Below are positions 12,275-25,251 of a DNA stretch of 64,000 nucleotides, one piece after another. The translations under genes were made by a program, and so were the position numbers. The DNA lies in assembly GCF_018350175.1 (NCBI RefSeq), contig NC_058368.1:74526001-74590000 (forward strand), written 5' to 3'. Numbering within the stretch: position 1 is the stretch's first letter; every line of letters starts with the position of its first letter. A model generated the notes under the pieces. The model had not been told where the DNA came from. It searched no databases and worked only from the letters and a program-made list of their open reading frames with translations. The DNA is from Felis catus (Eukaryota).

Positions 12275-12575
12275 TTAGAAATAATGCTATGATCAATACT
12301 CTTGGGTAAAATCTTTGCAACCATCCACAACAAATTCTTTGAAATACCTCATCAGAGATAAAGTCAAATTCACCAAATACTTCAGAAAGTTTAAATTAAA
12401 GGATGGAAAAGAATACACAAGAAAATAAACTTTACAATATAGTATAGGCAATTTTGATAAAGCACTAATACTTTGTTATGTACTTCAATCCTTCTAAACA
12501 CAATCTTACTTGGTGACCCTACTTCCCCATTTTATAAATGATGAATTCTTAGTTTTAAGAAGCTATTTCACTCTA

Positions 12576-12799
12576 GGGGTGCCTGGGTGGCGCAGTCAGT
12601 TGGGCGTCCGACTTCAGCCAGGTCACGATCTCACGGTCCGGGAGTTCGAGCCCCACGTCAGGCTCTGGGCTGATGGCTCAGAGCCTGGAGCCTGTTTCCG
12701 ATTCTGTGTCTCCCTCTCTCTCTGCCCCTTCCCCGTTCATGCTCTGTCTCTCTCTGTCCCAAAAATAAATAAACTTTGAAAAACAAATTAAAAAAAAAT
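12576..12799 (+). mobile_element. Young felid Can-SINE
   Basis: ggtggcgcagtc...cttcagccaggtcacgatctc...gctgatggctcag type; TSD gaagctattt[c/a]actcta at 12559-12575 and 12800-12816. Confidence 0.97.
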
Positions 12800-13446
12800 G
12801 AAGCTATTTAACTCTAAAAGAACCAGAAACAATACGTAAATATGGGAGAGCATAAAATATCAGCACTGAATGAGGAAAAGTGGGTAATTTTGTTTTGGTA
12901 AACAAATAATCTTTATTGCTTATATACAAAATCACAAATTTAGATAAATGTTTTGGTAAATCGTTGTAGGTCATGAAAGTCTATTTGCTAATAACACAAG
13001 TATAAATTAGATTAAAAAACAACAGTAGAAATCAAAAAGAAAATCTCAGAATTGCCAATACAGCAGGACACATTAAGACACACACAGAGAAAAGAATCAG
13101 AAGTCAGATAAAGATTAATAAAATGGATCAAACTCAATCAAAGAAATGTGTGCAGCATAGATCATTCCTCTTGTTACTCATAGAAGATTAAAAAGAATTA
13201 CAAGAACATTCATGTTAAAGTTTGAAGATTAAGAAAATGACTTTGTCCTCCTCATTCCCAAGTTCCATTAACTTTGAAGGAAAGGCATTTTTAAAAAGAA
13301 TATTGTTAAATGTCAAAGAGTCTGAAATGGGTCCAACGAAGAAAAAAAAATATTTCAACAAATTCCTCAAAGAAAGAAGCAGAATGAATATGAGGTGAGT
13401 CCTCTAAAGTGTGTAGAACAGGAATTGTTAAGAAGCATCTACTTTC

Positions 13447-13664
13447 TTTTCTTTTCTTTTTTACATGTATTTATTTTTGAGAGACAGAGAGAGACAGCGT
13501 GAGCATGGGAGGGGCAGAGAGAGAGGGAGACACAGAATCCGAAGGAGGGTCCAGGCTCTGAGTTGTCAGTACAGAGCCCGATGGGGGGCTTGAACCCACG
13601 AACCATGAGATCATGACCTAAGCCGAAGTCGGGCACCCAACCAACTGAGCCACCCAAGCGCCCC
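13447..13664 (-). mobile_element. Can-SINE
   Basis: Full length; TSD aagaagc[at/gc]ctactttc at 13430-13446 and 13665-13681. Confidence 0.97.
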
Positions 13665-14688
13665 AAGAAGCGCCTACTTTCAAAGTTGGTTGTGATGACT
13701 GAATGCAGATGTACCCAGAGAGAGAGCAGTTAATTAAACATCTGTCTATGGAAACACAGTAGCAATGTTTTGATAATGCATCCATGTTTCATATAGACTA
13801 AGGTCAGATAGTGTTTCACTTATCCCCAGTCTAAAAGACAAAAGACTCAATGCCTTCTTCTCGAAAGTTATTGAAAGAAATGCCAATGGAGAGTTAAGGT
13901 AGTGATGACCTTACACGGAAGGAAAATCCAACCACTCTGACATTTAAAAATCCATCTGAAAGTCCAGATCTGTGATTGTTCTACCTCTATTTAGTAAAAC
14001 TCCATTGATGCCTTCCAGACACCAAATTCTTCTCATAATCGGAATAGCTATTAGCCAATGTTTTATGCGGAGGGGGAAGGTACACTTAGATGTTAACCTA
14101 CAGAAAAAACAAAAAGAGAATTACTTGTCATACACTATTCAATTTACATTCTAAAATATGAATGGATAATTGATGTGAATAAGATACGTCAAGATAGCTA
14201 AAGTTTAATAGAAATTACTGAAAAACAGCTAGAGCAAACGATCCTACAATTTCTATAGAACCACAAAAGACCCCTAATAGCCAAAGCAATCATGAGGAAG
14301 AAAGGCAAAGCTGGTGACATCACAATTCCAGATATCAAGCAATATTACAAAGCTGTGGTCATCAAGACAGTATGCTATTGGCACAAACACAGACACATAC
14401 ATCAATGCCACACAATAGAAAACCCAGAAAGGGACCTGCAATTATTTGGTCAATATTCTTCAACAAAGCAGGAAATAATATCCAATCGAAAAAAGGACAG
14501 TGTCTTCAACAAATGGTATTGGGAAAACTGGACAGCAACACGCAAAAAAATGAAGCTGGACCACTTTCTTACACTGCTCACAAAATAAATTCAAAATGGA
14601 AGAAGGATCTAACTGCGAGACAGGAAACCATCAAAGTCCTAGAGGAGAACACAGGTAGCAACCTCTTTGACCTTGTATAGAGAAACTT

Positions 14689-14892
14689 ATATTTTTAACA
14701 TTTATTCACTTTTGAGACACAGAGCATGAGTAGAGGAGGGACAGAGAGAGAGGGAGACACAGAATCCAAAGCAGGCTCCCAGGCTCTGAGCTGTCAGCAC
14801 AGAGCCTGATGTGGGGCTTGAACCCACAGACCATGAGATCACGACCTGAGCTGAAGCCGGATACTTAATCAACTGAGCCATCCAGGTGCCCC
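14689..14892 (-). mobile_element. Can-SINE nested in L1
   Basis: TSD tagagaaactt at 14678-14688 and 14893-14903; L1 sequence resumes afterwards. Confidence 0.96.
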
Positions 14893-15308
14893 TAGAGAAA
14901 CTTCTTACTAGATACATCTCCAGAGGCAAGGGAAACAAAAGCAAACGTGAACTATTGGGACTTCATCGAAATGAAAAGCATCTGCAGTAAAGGAAACAAT
15001 CAACAAAACTAAAAGGCAATCTATGAATTGGGAGAAGATATTTGCAAATGGCATATCTGATAAAGGGATAGCATCCAAAATCTATAAAGAATTTATCAAA
15101 GTGAGCACCCGAAAACCAAATAATCCGCTTACAAAATGGGCAGAAGACATGAATAGACATTTTTCTAAAGACATTTTCCTGATTTGAAGGGGCACATGCA
15201 CCCCAATGTTTATAGCAGCATTACCAACAATAGCCAAACCTTGGAAAGAGCACAAATGTCCATCAAATGATGAATGAATAAAGGATTTGTGGTATGTATT
15301 TATCTATA

Positions 15309-15330
15309 CAAACTCACACGCAAACTCACA

Positions 15331-15362
<32 letters not shown>
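15309..15362. repeat. (CA)n microsatellite inside L1
   Basis: Seen directly. Confidence 0.9.
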
Positions 15363-15363
<1 letters not shown>

Positions 15364-15809
15364 TAGAATATTACTCATCCATCAAAAGGAATGAAATCTT
15401 GCCATTTGCAATGACATGGATGGAGCTAGAGTATAGTATGCTAAGCCAAATATGTCAGTCATAGAAAGACAAATACCATAGGATTTCACTCATATGTGGA
15501 ATTTAAGAAACAAAACAGATGAACATAGGGGAAGGGGGGTAAGAGAGAGAGGCAAACCATAAGAGACTCTTAACTATAGAGAACAAACTGAGGGCTGCTG
15601 GAGGGGAGGTGGGTGGAGAGTTAGGTTAGATGGGTGAGGGCACTTGGGATGAGCACCGGGTAATGCATGTAAGTGATGAATCACTAAATTCTACTCCTGA
15701 AACCAATATTACACTACATGTTAACTAACTAGAATTTAAATAAAAACTTGAAACAAAAAGTAAAGATAAAATAAAAAAAAGAAATTACTGAAAAACAATG
15801 TAAATCAGA

Positions 15810-16085
15810 CAAAAGGAATTGAAATGTGATGTGGTATCCTGGGTGGGATCCTATAACAGAAAAAGTATCTAGTAAAAATTAAGGAAACTGAATATGTATA
15901 GACTTGATTTAATAATAATATGTAAATATTGGTTTGTTAATTGTTGCAAATGTACCATTACATTGAAAGATGTTCATAAGAGTGAAAACTTCGTGTGGGG
16001 TATGTGAGAACCCTTTGCACTATTTTTGCAATTCTTCTGTAAACATAAAACTGTCCTAAAATTTTTAAAAAATGAAAAAAAAAAT
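15810..16085 (+). mobile_element. L1MC-like 3' end
   Basis: gtggtatcctgggtgggatcct..acagaaaaag...ttgcaattcttctgtaaacataaaactgt resembles the L1MC 3' terminus. Confidence 0.7.
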
Positions 16086-16154
16086 ACAAGCAAACAAGTG
16101 CAAAAACTCATCTCAGAATATGCTGAGGTTACTCAGATGGTAGATGAAATATAT

Positions 16155-16350
16155 TTTTTAATATTTTTTTATTTTGGGGAGAGCACAAGCTGTGGAAGGG
16201 GCACAGAGAGAGGGACAGCGGATCCGAAGCGGGCTCTGCCCATACAGTCTGACAGCAGTAAGCCTGACCTGGGGCTCGAACTCACAAACTGAGAGATCAT
16301 GACCTGAGCCGAAGTCGGACGCTCAACCGAATGAGCCACCCAGGTTCCCC
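16155..16350 (-). mobile_element. Can-SINE
   Basis: SINEC motifs; imperfect TSD tagat[g/a]aaat. Confidence 0.93.
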
Positions 16351-16439
16351 TAGATAAAATCTTTAACAAGAACAGAAACCTCTAAATTGTTTCCCTTGTG
16401 TTTCTAGACCATACTGCCTCTATTGGTAAGGTTGGAATA

Positions 16440-16900
16440 ATATGTACAATCAAAATGGAAAATCAGAAAAAAATAAAGACTTCTTAAGCCTTAAAGAATA
16501 ACCACAAAGTTTGAAGGATATATTAAGTGCGTTTTCATAAAACCTAGAGGAAAGATATGAAAATGTTGAGAGAACAAGATAAAGAGGATAAATATGAGAC
16601 ATCAAACATTTGATGTGTTAGTATCAGATCTAGGCAAAGGACCAAATAAATGAAGGGAGGGATGTTATCAAAAAGTAATAGTAAAGTATTTCCTGGAGCT
16701 GAAGAGACATTTCAATATACAATCTCAACTGGCCCATTGAGTGCCATTGAATTAATTAATTAATTAATTTTTTGGTAAGGAAGGAAGGAAAAGTCACCAA
16801 ACTTTGCAAGTTACCATGAAAATTAAGAATATCAATGAGAAATAGGCCCTCCTAAAAGATTTTAGAATCGATAAAACTAATCACACAAAGGAAATCAGTC
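16440..16900 (+). mobile_element. HAL1 or ancient L1 ORF1-region remnant
   Basis: tttcctggagctgaagagacat...ggcccattgagtgcc...atgaaaattaagaatatc...cctaaaagattttaga resembles the HAL1/L1M ORF1 region. Confidence 0.45.
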
Positions 16901-19900
16901 ATAAGTCACCAATCCTGTAAGAATAAACACACGCTAAATTAGACTCTCCACCAAGAATATGGAAAGTTCGCCATTGTTAGACATAGTGGTTATATACTTG
17001 CTATTGAAAACGAGACTCAATAACCATAAACTAATATGTAACAGATCTTAAAGTGTCAAATGACAAATAAAAACTGGAAATCTCTCAGGATTGCAACACA
17101 ACATTTTGTATCTATTTTAAATCATTTTTGATTGAAAAGGGTAGAAAGGGCTCTCTTGTTCCACCTTCCTCTCTGATCTTCCTATGTCCCTTTGAACATT
17201 TAATCAGCTGAGTTCATGTCTCCCCTTCCATACATGCAGCCAATGTAAGAACTAGGTAAGACTGACTTTCACTACTTTTGCTGTACCCAAAGATAGACTC
17301 ATCATGAGAAATGGAACAGAAAGGTTATATAATGCCTTTGTATCTACCTTGCGAGTCTCATGGCCCATGTAATCATAGTCTACAACTATTCAATGGGTAA
17401 TTAAAGATTTAGACTTTTCTCCATGAAATCTGGGACAATTTTCTCTAGCATTAGTTCATCTGCATTGTGACTACTATTATAAGGTCCTAAGTTTTATCAC
17501 TGATATGCCTTTCATATACAGAGACCCTGGGCAAAACCACTCCCCCTTCGGAGATATCATGTGCATTTCATGAGTATTATTATCCAATTATCAGGAACCA
17601 CATTTTGTATTAAAATAATTAATCATGTTATTTATTTTCTCAGCCTCTGTGTGGAGTATACCAACGTTGAATTTTCCATCCTTCAAAGACTCACAATTAA
17701 TTTAAAAATTAATTAAAAATAATTAAAAATCATTTTTTTTGAAATATAACACATTTTGTCCTTTAGTAAGGTTTTGTATTTCTTTGGATTTGATAAGCTC
17801 TAGTATATATATCTAATAAGTCTCAAAATCTTCTATTTTACCAGTGGTAAATTAAATGCTATGAACACTACCTGGTAGACCCATCTGGTTCTCTAAAAAC
17901 ATGGTTAAAATATATTAAATTCTAGAGATGGAATCAGTCGTCCTGGCTTGTATTTCCAGAAGCCTAACACCGACTATTTATAACTCGGGGAAACTAATAA
18001 CCTGGTAAATTAACCTAGACATATTTTGTGGCTTAAGATTGACAATGAATCAATTAATCAACAAAATATTTAAATACATTTTTAAATGAAAGATGTATTA
18101 AATAAATTTATGTTGATAACTACATGACTCACTCATCACAGCATAAACATACTACAGTTTATGGGAGTTTTTATGTATGCAAGTGACCTAAGAATAGTGA
18201 TTAGAAGTTAATGTGGGAATTCAGACATTAGATTCCCCAGTTGTTTTAGGCAAGAAAACACAAGCTGATAGAGAATTTGGGGGAGGCCGCTGGGGCATTT
18301 TCCCCATTTCAGTGAGCGTTCCTTGATTTCATGACTCTTCTATCTAGCAGGCAAATAGATATAGAACTATCTTTAGCTCCCCAAAGAGAACCTCCTTTTC
18401 ATTTGCAAACAAAATACAGGCACCAATGAATGAAGAAACAAGTTTCAGAAGAAAACAGACTTATTAACATTGCTTACTTGCTTCTCTGTGAAAGAAATGA
18501 CACCCACCTCTGAAAGTCACCTCCAAATCAACACAAGCATATAATTACTGCTCTGGGTTAAGGATTTTTTTTTTCTTTTGGAATCAAGGTATGAAATGAT
18601 TGTAGATGTAAAGAAACAGTATGACGGAAATGAGGTGATTACTCATTCAAGCCAAATGGAAAACTGTCTTAATTGTCTGTTCCATTGACTTCAGTCTGCA
18701 GTTACAGACTCCCGATATGTTTAGTGCCTTTCCAAGGAGCGAAACAGACCTTCTGCAGCAGTGAATGTCCATGGGAATTCAAAACAAGATTCCTGTTGAT
18801 TCTGTGTCTTTTCCTGTCTTCTCAGTGCAAGTGTTTTTTTCACCACACAGTGAAATTTCTTGGTTTACTATCCTCTTTGTTTCTTAGAGATCGTGACAGA
18901 AAACAAAAGCTTGGGAGCGATCACATCGAAGTTAAAACATTATTCCCTTTTGTGATTTTATATCTAAGCAAAACCTACTTACACGTTGGCGTTTATTCAA
19001 CCATTCAAAAAGATGTTTTGCTGTTCAGTCTCTTCCAGCTTCACGGCACAGAGTTCTTTTACCAGCTCAGGAAATATTTAATGGGGTATTTTAATATTCA
19101 ACTTTTCTCTTTGATGTTTAAATTGACTGAAGTAAAAAATTAGACACATACCCGGCAGTGAATACACCAAATGAAAGCAATTTAAATAACAGAGTTTCCT
19201 AAAGAATTGTTGAAAAATTCTGCATTGTTTTGACTAGCCATAGAAAAATTCTATTTTAAAAACCACCGAAAACATTCCACCAAAAATTTACAAAATCTGC
19301 ATTGAAATTACTTACGATATATAACATTATCTTATCCTGATATTCTGGTAATCTAGAACAACAAACCATATATTCCATAATATTTGTTTCAGAATAATTT
19401 ATGGAAATTATGTCTTTATTTCCAAAAACTGTCATCAGAGTTTGCCATCAGACGGAATGGGGCAACATAATAATATTTTCAGAAGCAGATACTTACTCTG
19501 GAATGATTGATTCAGCAAAACACATATTTCTTGGCAACAGTAGAGATAAAGTTAAACAAGAGAAACACCAAAGCTCTCATGATTTTGGACAAAGCCAGAA
19601 AACACCAGTGGAATTTCACTTGCCCGAGTTTCAAGAGAAAGTGAGCTTATCAGAATGCAACAGGCTCATACAAAAATAGAAGAGTAAAACAAGATATTTT
19701 TGCCAAACATTCTAATCTAAGACAAAGCAAATGTATACTGAAAAATGATTAGGACATTGGAAATTGTGGCACAAATATGGACTATAACATGATCAGAAGA
19801 CCAAAGGAGTAAAGTAACGTGTAGATTTTGGAGACCACTCACCCTCCCACAACCTAAAATGTAGCATGGAGGAGGGCTCACATTTATAAGTGTTTGTAGA

Positions 19901-21115
19901 AGTTACCTGGCTAAGACGAGGTTGTAGCCCTAACAATGAGTTAGATTAATGACAACCGTTGTGTGGATAGGAAGAGGTGGGCAAGTCTGAGACCATTATT
20001 TTCTTGTAAAAATAGCCTTTGGTTTGCCGTTATTTATCAAGTGGACACTCACCGCCTCCCCCAACCCCCTTCCCCCTGGAAGTATCTCCATTGTCTTGTG
20101 TTTATCTTATCTAGCAATCAATATCGGTTTATAATCCACAAGGCAGAAACGATATTTCATCTATATCTGGAGCCCTTAGCATGTGTTGGTTTTTCGGTTA
20201 TGTAGCAGATGTAGATACTGTATTTGCAAAATGAGCAAACCGGTCTAGGTAGGATATAAAACTGATTTCTTATCTCATGCCCTAAATTATATTTAATCAG
20301 GTTATTATTATCTTCTCTTTGTTGTTGTCTTTATTATTTTTTATTCAATCGATTTGGCATAAATATTAAATGTTTGATTATTCATTACTCCAATAAAAAT
20401 GCAAAGACATAGAAACATATGAGTGAAATAATTACTTTACTTAGCGATCTTTTTGCCAAAATTTCTTTCCTATCTCCTTGCTTTCTTTGCGCCAGCCTGC
20501 CCCTCCCTCACCCCCCCCCCCCCCACATCCGTGGCTCCCTCCTTCCTTTCTTTGCTTCTCAACAAATATTTATTGTACTCCGTATTGATTGTAGAAGCAA
20601 TGCGAACAAGACAGAAAAAAAAAAAAAGTCTTGTGCTCATTTAGTTTACGTTAGTTTGGAGGAAATGTAAAGTTTAAAAGAAAGAAAACTTCCACAAGAT
20701 AAATTTGAGCGCTATGGTTTTCCCCTAGGGCTGTAAAGAACTAAGCTGCCTGATTTGCTTGTTTACATAAATCTAATAGTCACTGAGTGTAACAGAAGAC
20801 AATGCTCATATGTTTTCTAATTTCCCCTTTAAAATGCTTTAGCCAGAGAATCTTTCTAGTTCCCCGGCAGGCACATATTATGTGTCACTCCTCCCCATTA
20901 TACCAAACATGTCCCACCTCCTTCAATCTCCAGTCCTCCAGCACCCTTGGAAGGAAGCCCAAGTCCCTTTACTGAAGGAAGAATGGACATCAATCCATAA
21001 TACCCAGCAGGAACTGTGCTGGCATAAATACATACATACATACATAAAATATTTTAAACATGTATTTCATGTGCTAAAAAAAACAAAAAAGCAGCTTGCA
21101 TTAAAAAATAATTTC

Positions 21116-21515
21116 ATTTCATTCTTTCTCATTGCCACGTAGTATTCCATTGTATATATCAACCACAATTTCTTTATTCATGCGTCAGTTGACGGACATT
21201 TTGGCTCTTTCCATCATTTGGCTATTGTTGAAAGTGTTGCTGTAAACATTGGGGTACAAGTGCCCCTATGCATCAGCCCTCCTGTATCCCTTGGGTAAAT
21301 TCCTGGCAGTGCTATTGCTGGGTCATAGGGTAGATCTAGTTTTAATTTTTTGAGGAACCTCCACACTGTTTTCCAGAGCGGCTGCACCAGTTTGCATTCC
21401 CACCAACAGTGCAGGAGGGTTCCCGTTTCTCCTCATCCTCTCCAGCATCTATAGTCTCCTGATTTGTTCCTTTTAGCCACTCTGGTGTGAGGTGGTATCT
21501 GAGTGTGGTTTTGAT
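21116..21515 (-). mobile_element. Carnivore L1, inverted 5' segment of a second twin-primed insertion
   Basis: Closely similar to 11295-11700 (L1 ORF2 3' end, antisense). Confidence 0.93.
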
Positions 21516-21830
21516 GGAACCGGAGAGCGTTATGCTAAGTGAAACAAGTCGTTCAGAGAAAGACAGATACCATATGTTTTCACTCTTATGTGGATCCTGA
21601 GAAACTTAACAGAAGACCATGGGGGGAGGGGAAGGAAAAAAAAAAGAGGTTAGAGAGGGAGGGAGCCAAACCATAAGAGACTCTTAAAAACTGAGAACAA
21701 CCTGAGGGTTGATGGGGGGTGGGAGGGACAGGAGGGTGGGTGATGGGTATTGAGGAGGGCACCTGTTGGAATGAGCACTGGGTGTTGTATGGAAACCAAT
21801 TTGCCAATAAATTTCATATTTAAAAAAATA
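21513..21830 (+). mobile_element. Carnivore L1, sense 3' UTR and tail of the same insertion
   Basis: gatggaac.ggagag...gaaacttaacagaagaccatgggg...ggaaaccaatttgccaataaatttcatatt, colinear with 53351-53650. Confidence 0.93.
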
Positions 21831-22983
21831 TATTTTTACTCTTTAACATCCTATTTACCTTGAAGCCACAGTTCTGCTTTTCCTGGTTTGTACTGAGTGG
21901 ATTTAGCTAACAACTGAATTAAATTCTGGAACATTCCCAGCATGAGATCACTGATAAGTCTCGATTTCCCCTAAGAACCATTCCTCTATTGCATCTTTGT
22001 CTGAATCCTAGACCAAGTAGATCCCTTCATAAGCAAAATAAGTTGCTGGTATCTCAGAGCCCCTGCAGAGAGAATATCCTGAATTGGCATCTTCTGGGAA
22101 TCTAGGTGGGAGAAATAATATAATCTATGTGATAGAGTATGTATTTACCCTTCCAAGTCCTCTGAGTTCTGTGAATCCATCTGGGTGTCAGAAAGTATAC
22201 GACTTCCACTATATTCACTCAACCCTTAACAGAATATCCTTTTTGTTTTGGGCGTACTCATTTTAACGTTACCGTATTTTTTATTCCGTATGCATGCATG
22301 CATAAAGGTACATGATGTGAATGTACAATTCGACGAATTTTGAGGTTACCAACACCAAGATCAGTAGGAATATTACCAAAGTTGCTTCCAAATAATTCTT
22401 CCTTTTTACAGGGCATTTTTCCTGGGTCCCAGATTCTTGGTTATTTCTATCAGCACTATAAAGAACCCAATTCAGAGTCTTCTAATTTTTGTGATTTCTA
22501 TTCGGAAGTTAGCCGTCAATCTTAATGCGTGTCCATGTGGAAAAATTATGTCCTTTTTATCATTTTTCAAATAATGATAATTTTTAACGTTTTTCTGCAA
22601 CTTTGCATACTTTCTATTAATTCCTTTTCATCCCTTTCTTCCATGTCTAATCTTTTGTCATATGACCTAAATCGTTCTTTATTCCGGGTGTTCTTTTATG
22701 CAGCTTCAGAGCCTCCTTATGTTTCCCTTCGTGGATTCCAAATAACTTGTGAAAATCGTTGCATTTTTATCTACTTTGTCCATTTTTTTTCCTCTGAAAA
22801 CCAATCACAGTAGGCACTTCAAAACCCTACTCAGCTAACTTCAAGTTCTGGCTCACCCGTAGGTCTGTTTCGTCTTCTCTCTCCTGGTTTTTAGTCATAT
22901 TATTTGGTATAACTAGCAAGTTTGACTGAATGCCTAATAGCAACACTGCATGTAAAAACAGGCGATATTATCATTCTCTAGGC

Positions 22984-23208
22984 CAATGGTTAGTAAACCA
23001 TATAGTGCATGGGTCAAATTTGGCAAATTTCCTGATTTTGTAATTAAAGTTTTATTAGAACACATTCACGCTTATATATTTACATCTTGTCTCTGACTGT
23101 CTTCATAGTACAACAGTATAGCTGAGAAGACGCTGGAAGAGAAAATATGCCCATGAAGCCAAAAATATTTACTATCTGGAATCTTTACAGAAGAAAGTAA
23201 GTTCCCTG
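22984..23208 (+). mobile_element. MER58A-like hAT-Charlie non-autonomous DNA transposon
   Basis: ttttgtaattaaagttttattagaacaca...aaaatatttactatctgg..tctttacagaagaaagt...ccctg matches the recalled MER58A consensus in motifs and length. Confidence 0.75.
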
Positions 23209-23390
23209 CGCTTATGGATCAAGTAGTTTCTGGTCATCTTAATAGAATCAAGGACCTATTATATCACAGGTGTGTTGTTGTCCTGGGAAAGTCCATTCTA
23301 TCTATGATGTCCCTTGCCCTTCAGGTCGCAACGTCACTTTGGGCTCTCTGGGGACTTTCTTCCTAAAGAAGAGCTATTTCCTAAAGAAAT

Positions 23391-23431
23391 TCCTAAAATT
23401 CCTAAAAAAAAAAAAAAAAAAAAAAAAAAAG
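23391..23431 (+). repeat. A27 tract with a short target-derived leader, between 15-bp direct repeats
   Basis: atttcctaaagaaat at 23376-23390 and 23432-23446 flank tcctaaaattcct(A)27g. Confidence 0.8.
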
Positions 23432-23829
23432 ATTTCCTAAAGAAATCTTATCTTCATCTCGGAAAACTAACAAAATGTTCTGATTTGCCTTCTGTTTTCA
23501 ATTTAGGTGTTTAGCCTCAGCCCCACAGAATTCTAGAATTTAGCAAATGTACTTAGGGAGAAACTGACTCTGTGTTTATGGCTCCCATACCTCTGCAAAA
23601 ACATTTGCCAGTTCAGTTTTCCTCTCTGCAGGTGTCATCCAAGGGCACATAGCCAGGATTGTCCACTTTCTGGAATCACCAGAATTGAAAAATTATTCCA
23701 AAGTACAACCATTGGCAAGAGGTTAGCTCACTTCTAAGAGGCTCTTCCTTCTCAACAGCCTTGGTTTCTCCAGTTCTCTTGGCCTCAGAAACTCCCACGG
23801 TGTCCTTAAAGTTTTCTTTTTTCATCTTT

Positions 23830-24058
23830 AGAAAAAAAGTTTATTTATTTATTTTGAAAGAGAGCATGTGTGTGCGAGTGGGGGAGTGGCAGAGAAAGAG
23901 AGACAGAGAGAGAGAGAGGGACAGAGAGAGAATCCCAAGCAGGCTCCATGTTATCAGTGCAGAGACCAATCTGGGGCTCAATCTTATGAACCATGAGATC
24001 ATGACCTGAGCCACAATCAAGAGTCAGATGCTTAACTGACCGAGCCACCCCGGCACCC
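23830..24058 (-). mobile_element. Can-SINE, older subfamily
   Basis: gaatcccaagcaggctcc...gagccacaatcaagagtcagatgcttaactgaccgagccaccc. Confidence 0.93.
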
Positions 24059-25251
24059 TGACATTTTTCAACTTTTCTTCTGTTTTCTAGTTGCTGAGGA
24101 AGGGGAACTAGTCTACCACCTACTCCATATCAGCCTGTAAATATCCTGCATTGAACTTTGATCAAATCTTACTGTATTTGACAGCCATTTGAAATTGGCT
24201 GTTTTATGTTGCTTTGCAATTTTTTCCCTTGCACCTGGTTTTCAGTTTCAAAATGTTCATCTTATTATGTATGTGTTGCTTTGTAAGCCACCTCAACTGT
24301 TTCTTGGGAATTAGACAGTAATAAATGCATTTGAAGATTAACAGGAAAACATTAGAAATGTCTGCCGTTTACATTTAAATATATTTAATTTAAATTTCTT
24401 TAAATAGAAAACAAAATGCTTTTCAACAACAGTACATTTATACCGGCTCTTTCCCAGCCCCTTCCAAAAGCAGTCTTATAATAATATGGAGGCAATTGAT
24501 CTCTTATCAGCACAGGCCTTCAGGAATTTCCTTCGACCCAGAGAACAGACCTCACCTTAGCATTCAGTGTTCCTGCTTAATGTTCAAATTCATTAACACT
24601 TCTCTTTTCCCCATCATAACATGGCTGTCACCTGCTAACGTGGGTCATACAATTTCCAGTGGCGACTGATTCACAATCAGCATATTCTACAAGTTCCTAT
24701 CTCTCCAGCCATGCTTTCTTCACGGTTGGTTGGTAACTTCACATAAGGTGAAGTATGAACATGTAATTGTCCACCTTTGGGACGGTTTTTGTTGGATACT
24801 CAGCAAAGGCTAGGCTGTTGCCCCTTCGGCTATCATCAGAATTGTCTCCTGTTTTCATATTGCTCTTCCTAATTATGTTTTATTCATTTTTTTTCTAATT
24901 CTTGAAGTTATTGGATATTACTTTATATAAATGTTTGATTAAGATATTACAGTACGAGGGGACTAAAACACATCAAAAACTACTAGGACCCAGTTATTGT
25001 GCTACTTATATACATTGTTTTCAATGTAATTCTCCATATCGATACTCATGTTTCATACATGGGGAAACTAAGCTGAAGGAAAATGTAATAAATCTCCCTC
25101 AGTTACTCCCCAAGTTACCATTATCATGCCTTGAAAGTTACTAATAATTATTTAATATACATAAATACCCAATGTTCATTTCCCAGTTGTCTTATAACGG
25201 GGGTTCAAATGCATTCTATGTTATCACAATTGATAAATCATGTTCTTAAGT

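Larger units (their letters stand above)
14228..15779 (+). mobile_element. 5'-truncated carnivore L1 (disrupted ORF2 3' part, 3' UTR, A-tail)
   Basis: KAGDITIPDIKQYYKAVVIKTVCYWHKHRHI and KDSVFNKWYWENW match L1 ORF2p; frameshifts present; TSD agaaattactgaaaaaca at 14210-14227 and 15780-15797. Confidence 0.95.

Noticed and set aside
14292..14680. ORFs resembling a reverse-transcriptase-associated protein
   Set aside because: Frameshifted fragments of L1 ORF2 in a 5'-truncated, SINE-interrupted copy; no RT or endonuclease domain is present, so not functional
18673..19143. 156-aa ORF
   Set aside because: Non-ATG start, composition typical of translated AT-rich noncoding DNA, and no recognisable domain
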